Shown here piece after piece: positions 24,435-32,000 of a DNA stretch of 32,000 nt; the stretch's first letter is position 1; the number at the start of each line of letters is the position of its first letter. Source of the DNA: Candidatus Nanohalobium constans. GTDB taxonomy: Archaea; Nanohalarchaeota; Nanosalinia; Nanosalinales; Nanosalinaceae. The stretch lies in the NCBI RefSeq assembly GCF_009617975.1, contig NZ_CP040089.1, positions 750,001 through 782,000 of the forward strand, read 5' to 3'. A program made the translations under genes and the position numbers. The notes below the pieces were generated by a model. The model saw only the letters and a list, made by a program, of their open reading frames with translations. It did no database searches and was not told where the DNA came from.

Positions 24435-26546
24435 ATGGTAAACACACATTTCATCATCGGCATAACACTGACAATCCTAGTGACAGCCACAACGCTATCC
24501 GCATACAACTCAATAAGAATAAACACTCTCAACCCGCAAGCAGATAAACTAGATCAAGTAACCGGACACATAGGTCGCCCTGACATCAAAATATCTTCTA
24601 AGAACCAGCTGAAATCCACAGTACTGTTCAACATGCTGGCAGCAACCGACTGCAGAATATTAACAAGTTACGCCTATGCAGAACGACAAGGAGAAAATAT
24701 AGATATTAAAAGCAACGCCAACCAACTGAGCGACATCAATGATACAGCCTACTACTCGGAAGGACTTAGTCCTGCATTCAAACACGGTTTTTCAGGTGAA
24801 TGTGCAGGAGCCGGAGGACAAGCTTACGCAGTCGGTGAGTTAGTTGAAGAAAGCAGTAAGTCCGCAGTTGAGTCACTGCCCGGAGGGACAGCTTTAGCCA
24901 ACTTAAAGAATATTATAGGAGGTGCTGACAGAGAGTTTTTAGAGGAGCCAGGAAGAGACATGGAAGGAATGTTCGGCAAAATAAAGTTCAAAATAAATAA
25001 GACAGAGGACGAAGGAAAAATCCGGATTGGAACAAACCAAAACTCAAAGTTTATAGCAATGAAAGCAATTAACCCATCAGGAAACCTGCTCAACGACCAA
25101 GATTCAAGGATACCGGACTTCTTACTTGGTGAAAAAACTTCAGCATTTATCCCAGCAGGCGTGAGTTTAAACCAGTACTCAGAGATGAACAACGAGTGCC
25201 CGGATGGAAGCGGTTATGTTGAAAAACTTAAAGCCGTTACCAGCCCTAAAAAAGCAGTTCTGGAACTTTTGGACACCAGTTTTGATTATATAGAAGGCAA
25301 TTATCCATGTGAAGCACAGGATAAGGTTCTGATAGACTTGGTAAACAACCCTACCAAGATCCATGATGGTGAGGACCTGACTAATCCAGGAATTGATAGC
25401 CTTTACTCTTCAAGAGTTCGAATAGACACAGGAGAAACTAGAAGAATTATTGTGGAAGATGCTGGAGAGTTTAAGTACGAAACAGGAGGCAACCAGTACA
25501 GATCTTTCCTTAATCAGGCGAAATGGTACTTATGTGAAGGTGATGAGGGCTACATTCAGAGCAATGCAGGAACATACGATAACACTGGTGAGGCAGGTTC
25601 AGAGAATTTTGTAAGAGAGGATAGAGTATATCCCTTGATAAAACTCACTGAATCTACAAACTGTCTTGATAGAGGCGGTCCTGACGCACCAACCACCAAT
25701 TTCGGAGTGTATTCGACGTCAGAAGTACATCAGAAAGTAAGCTGCAGTGTTGAGGAGAGCATCGCAAAAGAGAAGAAGTTTACAGCCAGTATCCACGACA
25801 CCAGCACAGATTATTACTGTGGTTTGGTACCTCAGACTTTCCGTTTTGATGATTACAGTGGCGAAGTCGACTATTACAGAACCGGTTTGTTCGCCGAGCA
25901 AGATATGTGTCCGGAGTCCGGAATGCGGAAGAATATGCTGGATGAAGAAATACTCGAATTACAGGCGGAAGAGTACTCTTACGACTGGAAGGGAGATAGA
26001 CCTCGGAGCAGCTATGCATTCCTGGACAACGGAGACCTCAAGATGAGAGGAAACCACCAAGGAGGCGTACTAGGTTCAGATGGGAACGCAACTGCAGAAT
26101 GGAATGTCAAAGATTACGATAACTTTGCTCTCACAGGAGTTATAGACATCCTAAACCAAGGAAGCGAATTTACAGACACAAATACCAAGGAATCAAACGG
26201 ACAGCTGAAATTCAAAGTGAATAATGAAACAGTTATGGAGTACAAGAAGAGAAAAGGAGTATCAGGAATCTATTCAAGAGGAGAACTTAAGGCTGAGATC
26301 TCGGACGAATACGACGAGACAGAACTCAATTTTGTCATAAGAGAGAGCGGTACTATGACGCTAACCATGGTAGATGCAGGCAAACAAGTGCAAAGTTCAT
26401 TTGACGCAACCAGAAACTTCCACGAAGACCATCCAACAAACATAAAGATAGTGGTCAAAGGCGAAAAAGGAGGAGATAACTATAGACTCCCTATACAAAT
26501 GGAAAAAGCAATCCTAAAGAACTCTAAACCAGCAGGGTGTGAATAA
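24435..26546 (+). CDS. Large Cys-rich extracellular protein with an N-terminal pilin-like helix (candidate adhesin or minor pilin)
   Basis: 703 aa from ATG 24435. MVNTHFIIGITLTILVTATTLSAY is followed by a long hydrophilic region with more than 10 Cys. I recognise no domain. Confidence 0.7.
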   Translation: MVNTHFIIGITLTILVTATTLSAYNSIRINTLNPQADKLDQVTGHIGRPDIKISSKNQLKSTVLFNMLAATDCRILTSYAYAERQGENIDIKSNANQLSDINDTAYYSEGLSPAFKHGFSGECAGAGGQAYAVGELVEESSKSAVESLPGGTALANLKNIIGGADREFLEEPGRDMEGMFGKIKFKINKTEDEGKIRIGTNQNSKFIAMKAINPSGNLLNDQDSRIPDFLLGEKTSAFIPAGVSLNQYSEMNNECPDGSGYVEKLKAVTSPKKAVLELLDTSFDYIEGNYPCEAQDKVLIDLVNNPTKIHDGEDLTNPGIDSLYSSRVRIDTGETRRIIVEDAGEFKYETGGNQYRSFLNQAKWYLCEGDEGYIQSNAGTYDNTGEAGSENFVREDRVYPLIKLTESTNCLDRGGPDAPTTNFGVYSTSEVHQKVSCSVEESIAKEKKFTASIHDTSTDYYCGLVPQTFRFDDYSGEVDYYRTGLFAEQDMCPESGMRKNMLDEEILELQAEEYSYDWKGDRPRSSYAFLDNGDLKMRGNHQGGVLGSDGNATAEWNVKDYDNFALTGVIDILNQGSEFTDTNTKESNGQLKFKVNNETVMEYKKRKGVSGIYSRGELKAEISDEYDETELNFVIRESGTMTLTMVDAGKQVQSSFDATRNFHEDHPTNIKIVVKGEKGGDNYRLPIQMEKAILKNSKPAGCE

Positions 26547-26584
26547 TTAACAACTACATCAACAGAATAGCGGACGAAATCAGC

Positions 26585-26749
26585 TTGCAGACCAAAAAAG
26601 GATTCAACAGGATACCATTCGTAGTTGCCGGGTTTATTCTAGCTATTATGATAGTTGCCGCGTATTTCAGCGGTTTTGATAACGTTCTTACCTCGGTCCT
26701 AGGCGGATTTAATGAAACTGCTAACTCCCACACCGTGCCGAACCCTTGA
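26585..26749 (+). CDS. Possible 54-aa pilin-like protein with a TTG start
   Basis: The frame opens after TGA 26540-26542, and TTG 26585 is the only canonical start before the helix. (M)QTKKG then FNRIPFVVAGFILAIMIVAAYF. Below the ORF-track cutoff. Confidence 0.4.
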   Translation: MQTKKGFNRIPFVVAGFILAIMIVAAYFSGFDNVLTSVLGGFNETANSHTVPNP

Positions 26750-26759
26750 CCACAGATAG

Positions 26760-26773
26760 TTTATTGATTTAAA
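26760..26773 (+). promoter_or_regulatory. Possible internal TATA-like element ahead of the pilin sub-operon
   Basis: TTTATTGATTTAAA lies about 30 nt upstream of ATG 26798, in a 48-bp gap. Confidence 0.25.
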
Positions 26774-26797
26774 CGAAGAGTTGTTAATGTAGTATTA

Positions 26798-26926
26798 ATG
26801 GATATTGCGATCAAACTGGGTTTAAGTTTTATCGTATTCATGTTGCTAGCCGCCATATTAGGAAGTATGCTTAACTTCGGGCAAAACCAGGTTTTAGGAT
26901 TTGTTAACGGACTGTTATCCTTATGA
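26798..26926 (+). CDS. Possible 42-aa membrane micro-protein
   Basis: MDIAIKLGLSFIVFMLLAAILGSMLNFGQNQVLGFVNGLLSL. Its stop overlaps the next start in an ATGA at 26923-26926. Confidence 0.45.
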   Translation: MDIAIKLGLSFIVFMLLAAILGSMLNFGQNQVLGFVNGLLSL

Positions 26927-27138
26927 ACGGACAGGTAGCATTGGCAGTAGCATTCATAGTTGCTCTAGGCCTCATTGCCACAGGTTACAGCATCAATAGC
27001 GGAGGAATCGACATTTTTGAGAAAGGCTTCCTTGGGGATAGCGGTCTCCTTGATTCGGTAAACGACACAGGAGAAGAAAGTATTATCCAAAAGCCAAACC
27101 TATCAAACAAAAATGTGGAGCAAGGAGGTCAATCATGA
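26923..27138 (+). CDS. Pilin-like protein with a class III signal peptide
   Basis: 71 aa. MNG then QVALAVAFIVALGLIATGY, a G-Q junction typical of archaeal prepilin cleavage sites. Confidence 0.7.
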   Translation: MNGQVALAVAFIVALGLIATGYSINSGGIDIFEKGFLGDSGLLDSVNDTGEESIIQKPNLSNKNVEQGGQS

Positions 27139-27530
27139 AGGGTTTAGCCAGCATTGTAACCATATTACTGATGTTTGCAACAATTTCATCCTCAGGCATT
27201 GTAGTATTCAACGAAATATCGACTAACGTGCTTAATTCCGTATCTGAACTTAACGGACCAGTACAAAAACTAGTATCCGACATTAACGAAGTCTGCAACC
27301 ATAACAAAGACAACAAGGATGGAAGTAGGCGTGTAACCGGAAGCTTTAGACAACAAGATACTACTTTAGATATCACAGGAGCCCAACTCGAAATAAGCGG
27401 AGATGATGAGCCTAAGACCACGGAATTAGACTGCGAAATATCCGAAGACGTTGAAGGATGGCACGGCGGAAGATACGAGATAAGAACAGCCGGACCACAA
27501 GACCAGATGTTTAAATTCAACACCAGATAA
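27135..27530 (+). CDS. Pilin-like protein with a class III signal peptide
   Basis: 131 aa. MKG then LASIVTILLMFATISSSGIVVF. AGGAGGT lies 6 nt upstream, and the start overlaps the previous stop in an ATGA. Confidence 0.7.
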   Translation: MKGLASIVTILLMFATISSSGIVVFNEISTNVLNSVSELNGPVQKLVSDINEVCNHNKDNKDGSRRVTGSFRQQDTTLDITGAQLEISGDDEPKTTELDCEISEDVEGWHGGRYEIRTAGPQDQMFKFNTR

Positions 27531-27552
27531 CAGAAAAAAGAGAATAACATAT

Positions 27553-27987
27553 ATGAGGAACAAAGGTGCAATTGCTACACTTTCAATGCTAATACTCTCC
27601 TCAATACTCTCAGTAACAATAGCAGGAGTAGGCATTGACAGAATAAACACTCTTGAACAAACAATAAGAGCCGAAACTATAGATATCCCTGCCAACAGAA
27701 TACAAAACAATCTTATAATGGTTAGCTCACTGAAAGAAGGAAGTATAGAAATGGAGTTTACATCAGAATATAATATAACTCGCGAAGATGACAAAACATA
27801 CATAGCTTACGAGAGAGACAAACTTGAACTATCTAAAGGCAAGAAAACTTTCAAGAGCAGGATAAATGAAACAGAAAAATTCTCTGCAGAGACAGGGAAG
27901 GACGACAAAGTTTGCATAATGAAACAGAAAAACTCTATCCCTAAAATTACGCCAGGAGAGTGTGAAGAATGGAACTTAATCCAATAG
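27553..27987 (+). CDS. Pilin-like protein with a class III signal peptide
   Basis: 144 aa. MRNKG then AIATLSMLILSSILSVTIAGVGI. Confidence 0.7.
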   Translation: MRNKGAIATLSMLILSSILSVTIAGVGIDRINTLEQTIRAETIDIPANRIQNNLIMVSSLKEGSIEMEFTSEYNITREDDKTYIAYERDKLELSKGKKTFKSRINETEKFSAETGKDDKVCIMKQKNSIPKITPGECEEWNLIQ

Positions 27988-28340
27988 ATTCTTCACATAT
28001 GCTCATAGCTACAATTTTCCTACTCACCCTAGTAACAATACACTACCAATTCTCGTTAAATAATATTGAGGGCTTAGGAGAAGTTACAACCCAATGGACA
28101 CGAGGAGAAGGTTTAAAATCTGCCACAATGTTTAAAATATCAAACCAGGATGGCGAACTTGGAAGCATCTCCAAAGAAGACGCCTGCAGCTTAAATATAG
28201 GGAAAGAACTAGCTGCAGAGTACGATAAAAACAGTTGCGGAAACTCCCTAGTATCCAACCCTGTACACGGATCCACGATCAGAATTTCAGAAGACAAAAA
28301 ATCTACTTTATCAGCTTTCTGGGTGAGCGGTGCAAAATGA
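27969..28340 (+). CDS. N-terminally anchored small protein in the pilin operon
   Basis: 123 aa. The helix MLIATIFLLTLVTIHY lies near the N-terminus but has no clear K-G motif. ATG 27999 is an alternative start. Confidence 0.55.
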   Translation: MELNPIDSSHMLIATIFLLTLVTIHYQFSLNNIEGLGEVTTQWTRGEGLKSATMFKISNQDGELGSISKEDACSLNIGKELAAEYDKNSCGNSLVSNPVHGSTIRISEDKKSTLSAFWVSGAK

Positions 28341-28735
28341 AGAAAACAAAAGGATTTGTTTCACTAGCCCTAAGCATATACGTGCTCGTTTTCATCCTTC
28401 TCATGGCTACTCACTACCTCCAAAACCAGTCTGTATCAGCAGAGCTCTACGCAACAACAGATTTCGACAAAGAGCAGTTTGAAACAAACTTGGCAACTGC
28501 AGCACTACTTAACGAAACCACAAAACAGTACATCATAGAAGAAAAAGAGGATAAGATATCCCACATATTAGCTGAGATGTCAACTATAGACTTCAGATTC
28601 CAAATAAAATCAAATAACGGGATGAACATCGGAAGAATAACCGATACAGCAGGCTCGACAACAGTAACAATCGGCTCCCCATCAGAAGAACCATTAGAAG
28701 TAACTATGACACAAGGTGAAAAAGCAAATGAATAA
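28337..28735 (+). CDS. Pilin-like protein with a class III signal peptide
   Basis: 132 aa from ATG 28337, which overlaps the upstream stop in an ATGA. MKKTKG then FVSLALSIYVLVFILLMA. The 28235 extension in the ORF track is rejected. Confidence 0.7.
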   Translation: MKKTKGFVSLALSIYVLVFILLMATHYLQNQSVSAELYATTDFDKEQFETNLATAALLNETTKQYIIEEKEDKISHILAEMSTIDFRFQIKSNNGMNIGRITDTAGSTTVTIGSPSEEPLEVTMTQGEKANE

Positions 28736-29726
28736 AGGACTAGTAACAGTAATTATACCCATATTCACAGTAGTATTCATAGGTTCGGGAACGCTCTACA
28801 GCTCAGTTATGATAACAGACTCATTCAAGGAGACAATAGAGTACAACACCGGAGACCCAGCAAAGATGTCGGAAACCAAGCTCAAGGCAGACCTATATCC
28901 CGAAAAAATGCGGAAAGAGCTCAATTTTTCCATAAACAAGAAAGTAACAGATAACGATAGAACAGATATAACTGGGAGAGACAATTTGATACAGAAGCAT
29001 AAGTCCGAGGTTCTATCACATGTAAAAACACAGAACAGAGTTGAAGACTGCGGCAAGCCTCCAATTAATAGTTTAAATCTGAATAATGATGTTTACAGCC
29101 TAGTTTTTGAGGAAGAGTTTATTGACTGTTCTTCTTCCTCGGCTGAAGTACAGATACCATTTGATGCTTCGAATATACGTGTAGACAAGTCCAGAACACA
29201 CTACATAGATATGCTGATACACTCAACCAGCGTAAGAGATAATTTTATTGAGAAACTGCCGGACAAGCAACCAGAGTACAGTGGAGATAGCGGGGGAAAC
29301 TCCTGCCCCGAAGACCTAGATGATGAGAAAGAGGACGCACGTGAAGACGCTGAAAACAAATACGAAAACTCAGATCTAGCTGACAAACACTCAGACGCAT
29401 TAGAGGCAGCATCACTACCGCCAGAACCTGTTGAAGCAGATAGCAGCCAGGATGCGGATAAATCTTTCAGCACAACCCTCAAAGACGAGGAAACCTGCAG
29501 ATACAGAGACGGATGCAACAGCAGAGATAAAGACGGACGCTGCATCGAACCAGACTACTCCACAGGCAGAACATACGACGTATCAGCCACCCTTACAATC
29601 GAAGGCATAGATGGAAACTTCAAATTTGAGAACGAAGAAGTAGACCTGCTAACCGATGTGGACGAAAACGGGGACCTCCAGTACAAAAACCCTATCTACA
29701 GATTCCAAGCATCAAAAACCTACTAA
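28728..29726 (+). CDS. Larger pilin-like protein with a class III signal peptide and an acidic, Cys-containing C-terminal domain
   Basis: 332 aa from ATG 28728, with AGGTGA 8 nt upstream. MNKG then LVTVIIPIFTVVFIGSG. Confidence 0.7.
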   Translation: MNKGLVTVIIPIFTVVFIGSGTLYSSVMITDSFKETIEYNTGDPAKMSETKLKADLYPEKMRKELNFSINKKVTDNDRTDITGRDNLIQKHKSEVLSHVKTQNRVEDCGKPPINSLNLNNDVYSLVFEEEFIDCSSSSAEVQIPFDASNIRVDKSRTHYIDMLIHSTSVRDNFIEKLPDKQPEYSGDSGGNSCPEDLDDEKEDAREDAENKYENSDLADKHSDALEAASLPPEPVEADSSQDADKSFSTTLKDEETCRYRDGCNSRDKDGRCIEPDYSTGRTYDVSATLTIEGIDGNFKFENEEVDLLTDVDENGDLQYKNPIYRFQASKTY

Positions 29727-29735
29727 GAAAACAAG

Positions 29736-29747
29736 TTTATCAATATT
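29736..29747 (+). promoter_or_regulatory. Putative TATA box for alba
   Basis: TTTATCAATATT lies about 35-45 nt upstream of ATG 29780. Confidence 0.3.
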
Positions 29748-29779
29748 GACTCCAAACCTAAGATAGGTGACACAGTAGT

Positions 29780-30058
29780 ATGCCACAGGAAGATGACAAT
29801 ACAGTATATGTCGGTTCTAAACCAGCAATGAGCTATGTACTTGCAGTAGTAACCCAGTTCGACGAAGGACACGAACAAGTACATGTAAAAGCACGGGGAA
29901 AAGCAATCAGCCGAGCAGTAGATGTCGCAGAAATAGTAAAAAGCCGGTTCATCGAAGAAGCAACAGTAGAAGACATCAGCATCGGCACAGACCAAATCGA
30001 AACAGATGAAGGAGACGAAATCAATGTCTCAAGCATCCAAGTAGACCTAAGCCAATAA
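29780..30058 (+). CDS. albA: Alba DNA/RNA-binding chromatin protein
   Basis: 92 aa. [19 protein letters not shown]...[24 protein letters not shown] matches the Alba core. Confidence 0.92.
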   Translation: MPQEDDNTVYVGSKPAMSYVLAVVTQFDEGHEQVHVKARGKAISRAVDVAEIVKSRFIEEATVEDISIGTDQIETDEGDEINVSSIQVDLSQ

Positions 30059-30107
30059 AACCCAAACTCCACATTTTCTCACTCTTCTTTTTGCTTAAAC
30101 TGACATG

Positions 30108-30139
30108 TTTTTTATACCGGTGAAACAAAATAACCGGTA
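30108..30139 (+). promoter_or_regulatory. TATA-like run plus a 7-bp inverted repeat reaching the start codon
   Basis: TTTTTTATA at 30108-30116. TACCGGT (30115-30121) and ACCGGTA (30133-30139) are perfect inverted repeats with an 11-nt spacer. The second arm ends on the A of ATG 30139. Confidence 0.35.
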
Positions 30140-30417
30140 TGAATAAGGAGAAAGGTCTATCACAGGTACTAGTCCTAATTGTAGCAGCCGCCGTACTAAT
30201 GATGGTCGGACTAATGCTTGTGCAGATATTCTCAGGCAACATAAATGATACGAATCAAGGAGTAAAGCTTTCTGCATGCCAACAAAACGTCAATCAGATC
30301 TGCAGCAACCCTCCAGACGACAATCCCTCAGCGCCAGCCACATGCAACGGCTTTGATGGCGATGACGTAGAAGGACTATCTGACGACGGAGAGGAAGTAG
30401 TCTGCAGCGATACGTGA
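30139..30417 (+). CDS. Cys-containing pilin-like protein with a class III signal peptide
   Basis: 92 aa. MNKEKG then LSQVLVLIVAAAVLMMVGLMLV. Four Cys lie in the acidic C-terminal part. Confidence 0.65.
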   Translation: MNKEKGLSQVLVLIVAAAVLMMVGLMLVQIFSGNINDTNQGVKLSACQQNVNQICSNPPDDNPSAPATCNGFDGDDVEGLSDDGEEVVCSDT

Positions 30418-30423
30418 GGAAGC

Positions 30424-30789
30424 ATGGACATAAGCATTGAGGCAGTTGTCGTCCTGATGGTATCAGCAATTGTAGCATTCATAGTCATCGGGATGGCTAC
30501 GAGCGAAAGCGACAGCTTCAAAGGATTTCTTGGAAGCCAGACGGATGCTGCAAGCTGTGAACTAGGATACTCACAGTACAAATCAAGAGTAGACTGCGAC
30601 GCACAAGCCGGAGACGGCACAGACTTCGAACAGAAAGATAAATGGGAAAAATGCAATGCAGCAGACTCCCAAGACGGATGGTACGCAAGATACTGTGGAG
30701 ACTCAAACACAGAACAATCCTCAACCAACACAGAAGAATGCAACCTACCAAGACAAATGATCAACGGAGAGTGTCAGAGCCCCAGCTAG
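30424..30789 (+). CDS. Cys-rich small protein with a pilin-like N-terminal helix
   Basis: 121 aa. MDISIEAVVVLMVSAIVAFIVIG resembles the class III signal core (xISxE + hydrophobic run). Six Cys are present. Confidence 0.6.
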   Translation: MDISIEAVVVLMVSAIVAFIVIGMATSESDSFKGFLGSQTDAASCELGYSQYKSRVDCDAQAGDGTDFEQKDKWEKCNAADSQDGWYARYCGDSNTEQSSTNTEECNLPRQMINGECQSPS

Positions 30790-32000
30790 TCAAACAAAAA
30801 ACTCTCAACAAGACCACGAACATCTGCAATACTCTGACCCTCAACCTCAACAGAACCTACTCCCACCAACGGAACCAGATTCAAACTGTGTGAAGTATTA
30901 GGCGAGTCCTCTGAACCCATGTCCTCACAGTTCCCGTGATCAGCAGTAACCAACATATTAAATTCAGATTCTTCTACTGTGTCTACTAACCGTCCGATTT
31001 GTTCATCTACTGTTTCCACAGCAGTTATAGTTGCCTCCAAATCACCTGTATGACCTACCAGATCACAGTTTGCATAGTTCAGTAGGATGAAATCATAATC
31101 TTCGTTTTCAATAGCTTCAATCACTGTATCTGTTATTTCCTCAGCATGCATCCCCGGTTTTTTATCGTAGGACTTGATCTTGTCGCTTTCAACGAACTTT
31201 CTGTCCTCATGTTCGAATTCTAGCTCTCTTTGACCATTGAAGAAGTATGTTACATGCGGTTTCTTCTGGCTTTCCGCTACCCGGAGCTGTGAAAGACCTG
31301 CTTCCTCGATTTTCTCGCCTAAAGTGTTTTCCACTACCTGTTTCTCAAACAGAACAGGATTGTCGAAGTCTTTCCTGTATGAGAACATGGAGACAAAGTT
31401 AGGTTTTACAGGATTCTCAAATTGTCCAAAACCAGGTTTTAGCAAAGATTCTACTATCTGTCTTTCACGATCTGCTCTGAAGTTGTAGAAGATTAACTGA
31501 TCGTCGTCTTTCATTCCTTTGTAGTTTTCATCGACAGATGGTTGGATAAAGTAGTCGTAGTCTCCGTCATCGTATGTTTTCTGTACTGCTTCTCTTGGGT
31601 CTGAGAAATGGAATCCTTCTGCTTCTGCCATTGCCTGGTATGCTTTGTGTGTTCTTTCCCAGTTGTGGTCTCTGTCCATGCTGTAGTAGCGTCCCATTAA
31701 AGTAGCAATTTCACCTGTGTATTCTTCTGTCCATTCTTCGATCTGAGATATGAACTTTTCTGCTGATTTGGGTGCTACATCTCTTCCATCTGTAAAGCAG
31801 TGAACTTTGACTTCTACATCGTAGTTTGAGGCGATTTCCAGCAATGCTTTGAGATGGTCTATGTGACCGTGAATTCCGCCGTCTGATATTATCCCTGCTA
31901 AATGAACTGTAGTATTTTCTTGTTCTGCTGTTTCCAGCGCGTTTTTCAGCGCTTCTTTTTCTTTGAGTTCGTTGTTTTCTATTGACTGGTTGATTCTTGT
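30786..32000 (-). CDS. gpmI: 2,3-bisphosphoglycerate-independent phosphoglycerate mutase (bacterial GpmI type), 5'-truncated by the window edge
   Basis: Motifs NYANCDLVGHTGD, VTADHGNCE and VHCFTDGRDV. The frame stays open upstream of the ORF-track start (TTG 31844) to nt 32000 and reads ...RINQSIENNE...VHLAGIISDGGIHGHIDHLKAL, which is the conserved GpmI N-terminal region. Confidence 0.9.
   Translation of the reverse strand, partial: TRINQSIENNELKEKEALKNALETAEQENTTVHLAGIISDGGIHGHIDHLKALLEIASNYDVEVKVHCFTDGRDVAPKSAEKFISQIEEWTEEYTGEIATLMGRYYSMDRDHNWERTHKAYQAMAEAEGFHFSDPREAVQKTYDDGDYDYFIQPSVDENYKGMKDDDQLIFYNFRADRERQIVESLLKPGFGQFENPVKPNFVSMFSYRKDFDNPVLFEKQVVENTLGEKIEEAGLSQLRVAESQKKPHVTYFFNGQRELEFEHEDRKFVESDKIKSYDKKPGMHAEEITDTVIEAIENEDYDFILLNYANCDLVGHTGDLEATITAVETVDEQIGRLVDTVEESEFNMLVTADHGNCEDMGSEDSPNTSHSLNLVPLVGVGSVEVEGQSIADVRGLVESFLFD

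Noticed and set aside
19693-29726. Interpretation of the locus as an archaellum (fla/arl) operon.
   Set aside because: There is no archaellin with the conserved FlaB N-terminal domain and length. No KaiC-like FlaH and no recognisable FlaF/FlaG were seen. The small proteins look like diverse pilins instead.
30786-30789. Shared palindromic CTAG that provides the stop codons of both convergent genes (30424-30789 and gpmI).
   Set aside because: It is real but trivial, a consequence of tight packing. No hairpin or regulatory structure is evident around it.
1-32000. Search for tRNA, rRNA, CRISPR arrays or long non-coding gaps.
   Set aside because: The largest intergenic gaps are only about 100-115 bp (3111-3214, 7948-8060). 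I saw no repeat-spacer periodicity and no cloverleaf-like sequence.

Overview
This is a densely packed, AT-leaning (by eye, not computed) chromosomal segment whose proteins are extremely rich in Asp and Glu. Archaeal markers are present: Alba, diphthine synthase, Trm5, class III (prepilin-type) signal peptides, TATA-like boxes about 25-30 nt upstream of start codons, and GGTG/GGAGG ribosome-binding sites inside operons. My inference is a halophilic archaeon with a small genome, most compatible with a nanohaloarchaeon (DPANN), but this is not proven.

Layout:
- 19-9776: secreted and surface-protein genes. They include a 1148-aa PKD/CarboxypepD_reg-like protein, a 582-aa Thr-rich multi-repeat surface protein, and acidic orphan proteins.
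- 9766-14443: housekeeping genes trm5, dphB and a DUF357 gene, interleaved with four toxin-antitoxin modules in the order VapBC, MNT-HEPN, VapBC, MNT-HEPN.
- 14470-18290: a co-directional run of eight orphan membrane proteins that share sequence motifs.
- 18319-19644: two abutting coiled-coil acidic proteins, divergent from the next block.
- 19693-29726: a type IV pilus-like filament operon. It has a secretion ATPase, a polytopic platform protein, and eleven ORFs with a single N-terminal helix. Most of these carry a [K/N]-G prepilin-like motif, and one is a 703-aa Cys-rich candidate adhesin.
- 29780-30789: alba, followed by two more Cys-rich pilin-like genes.
- 30786-32000: a 5'-truncated bacterial-type gpmI.

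I saw no rRNA, tRNA, CRISPR array, integrase or transposase. The best candidates for something new are the orphan membrane and coiled-coil modules that flank the pilus locus, and the unusually rich pilin set. All family assignments come from motif recognition by eye. No searches were run.
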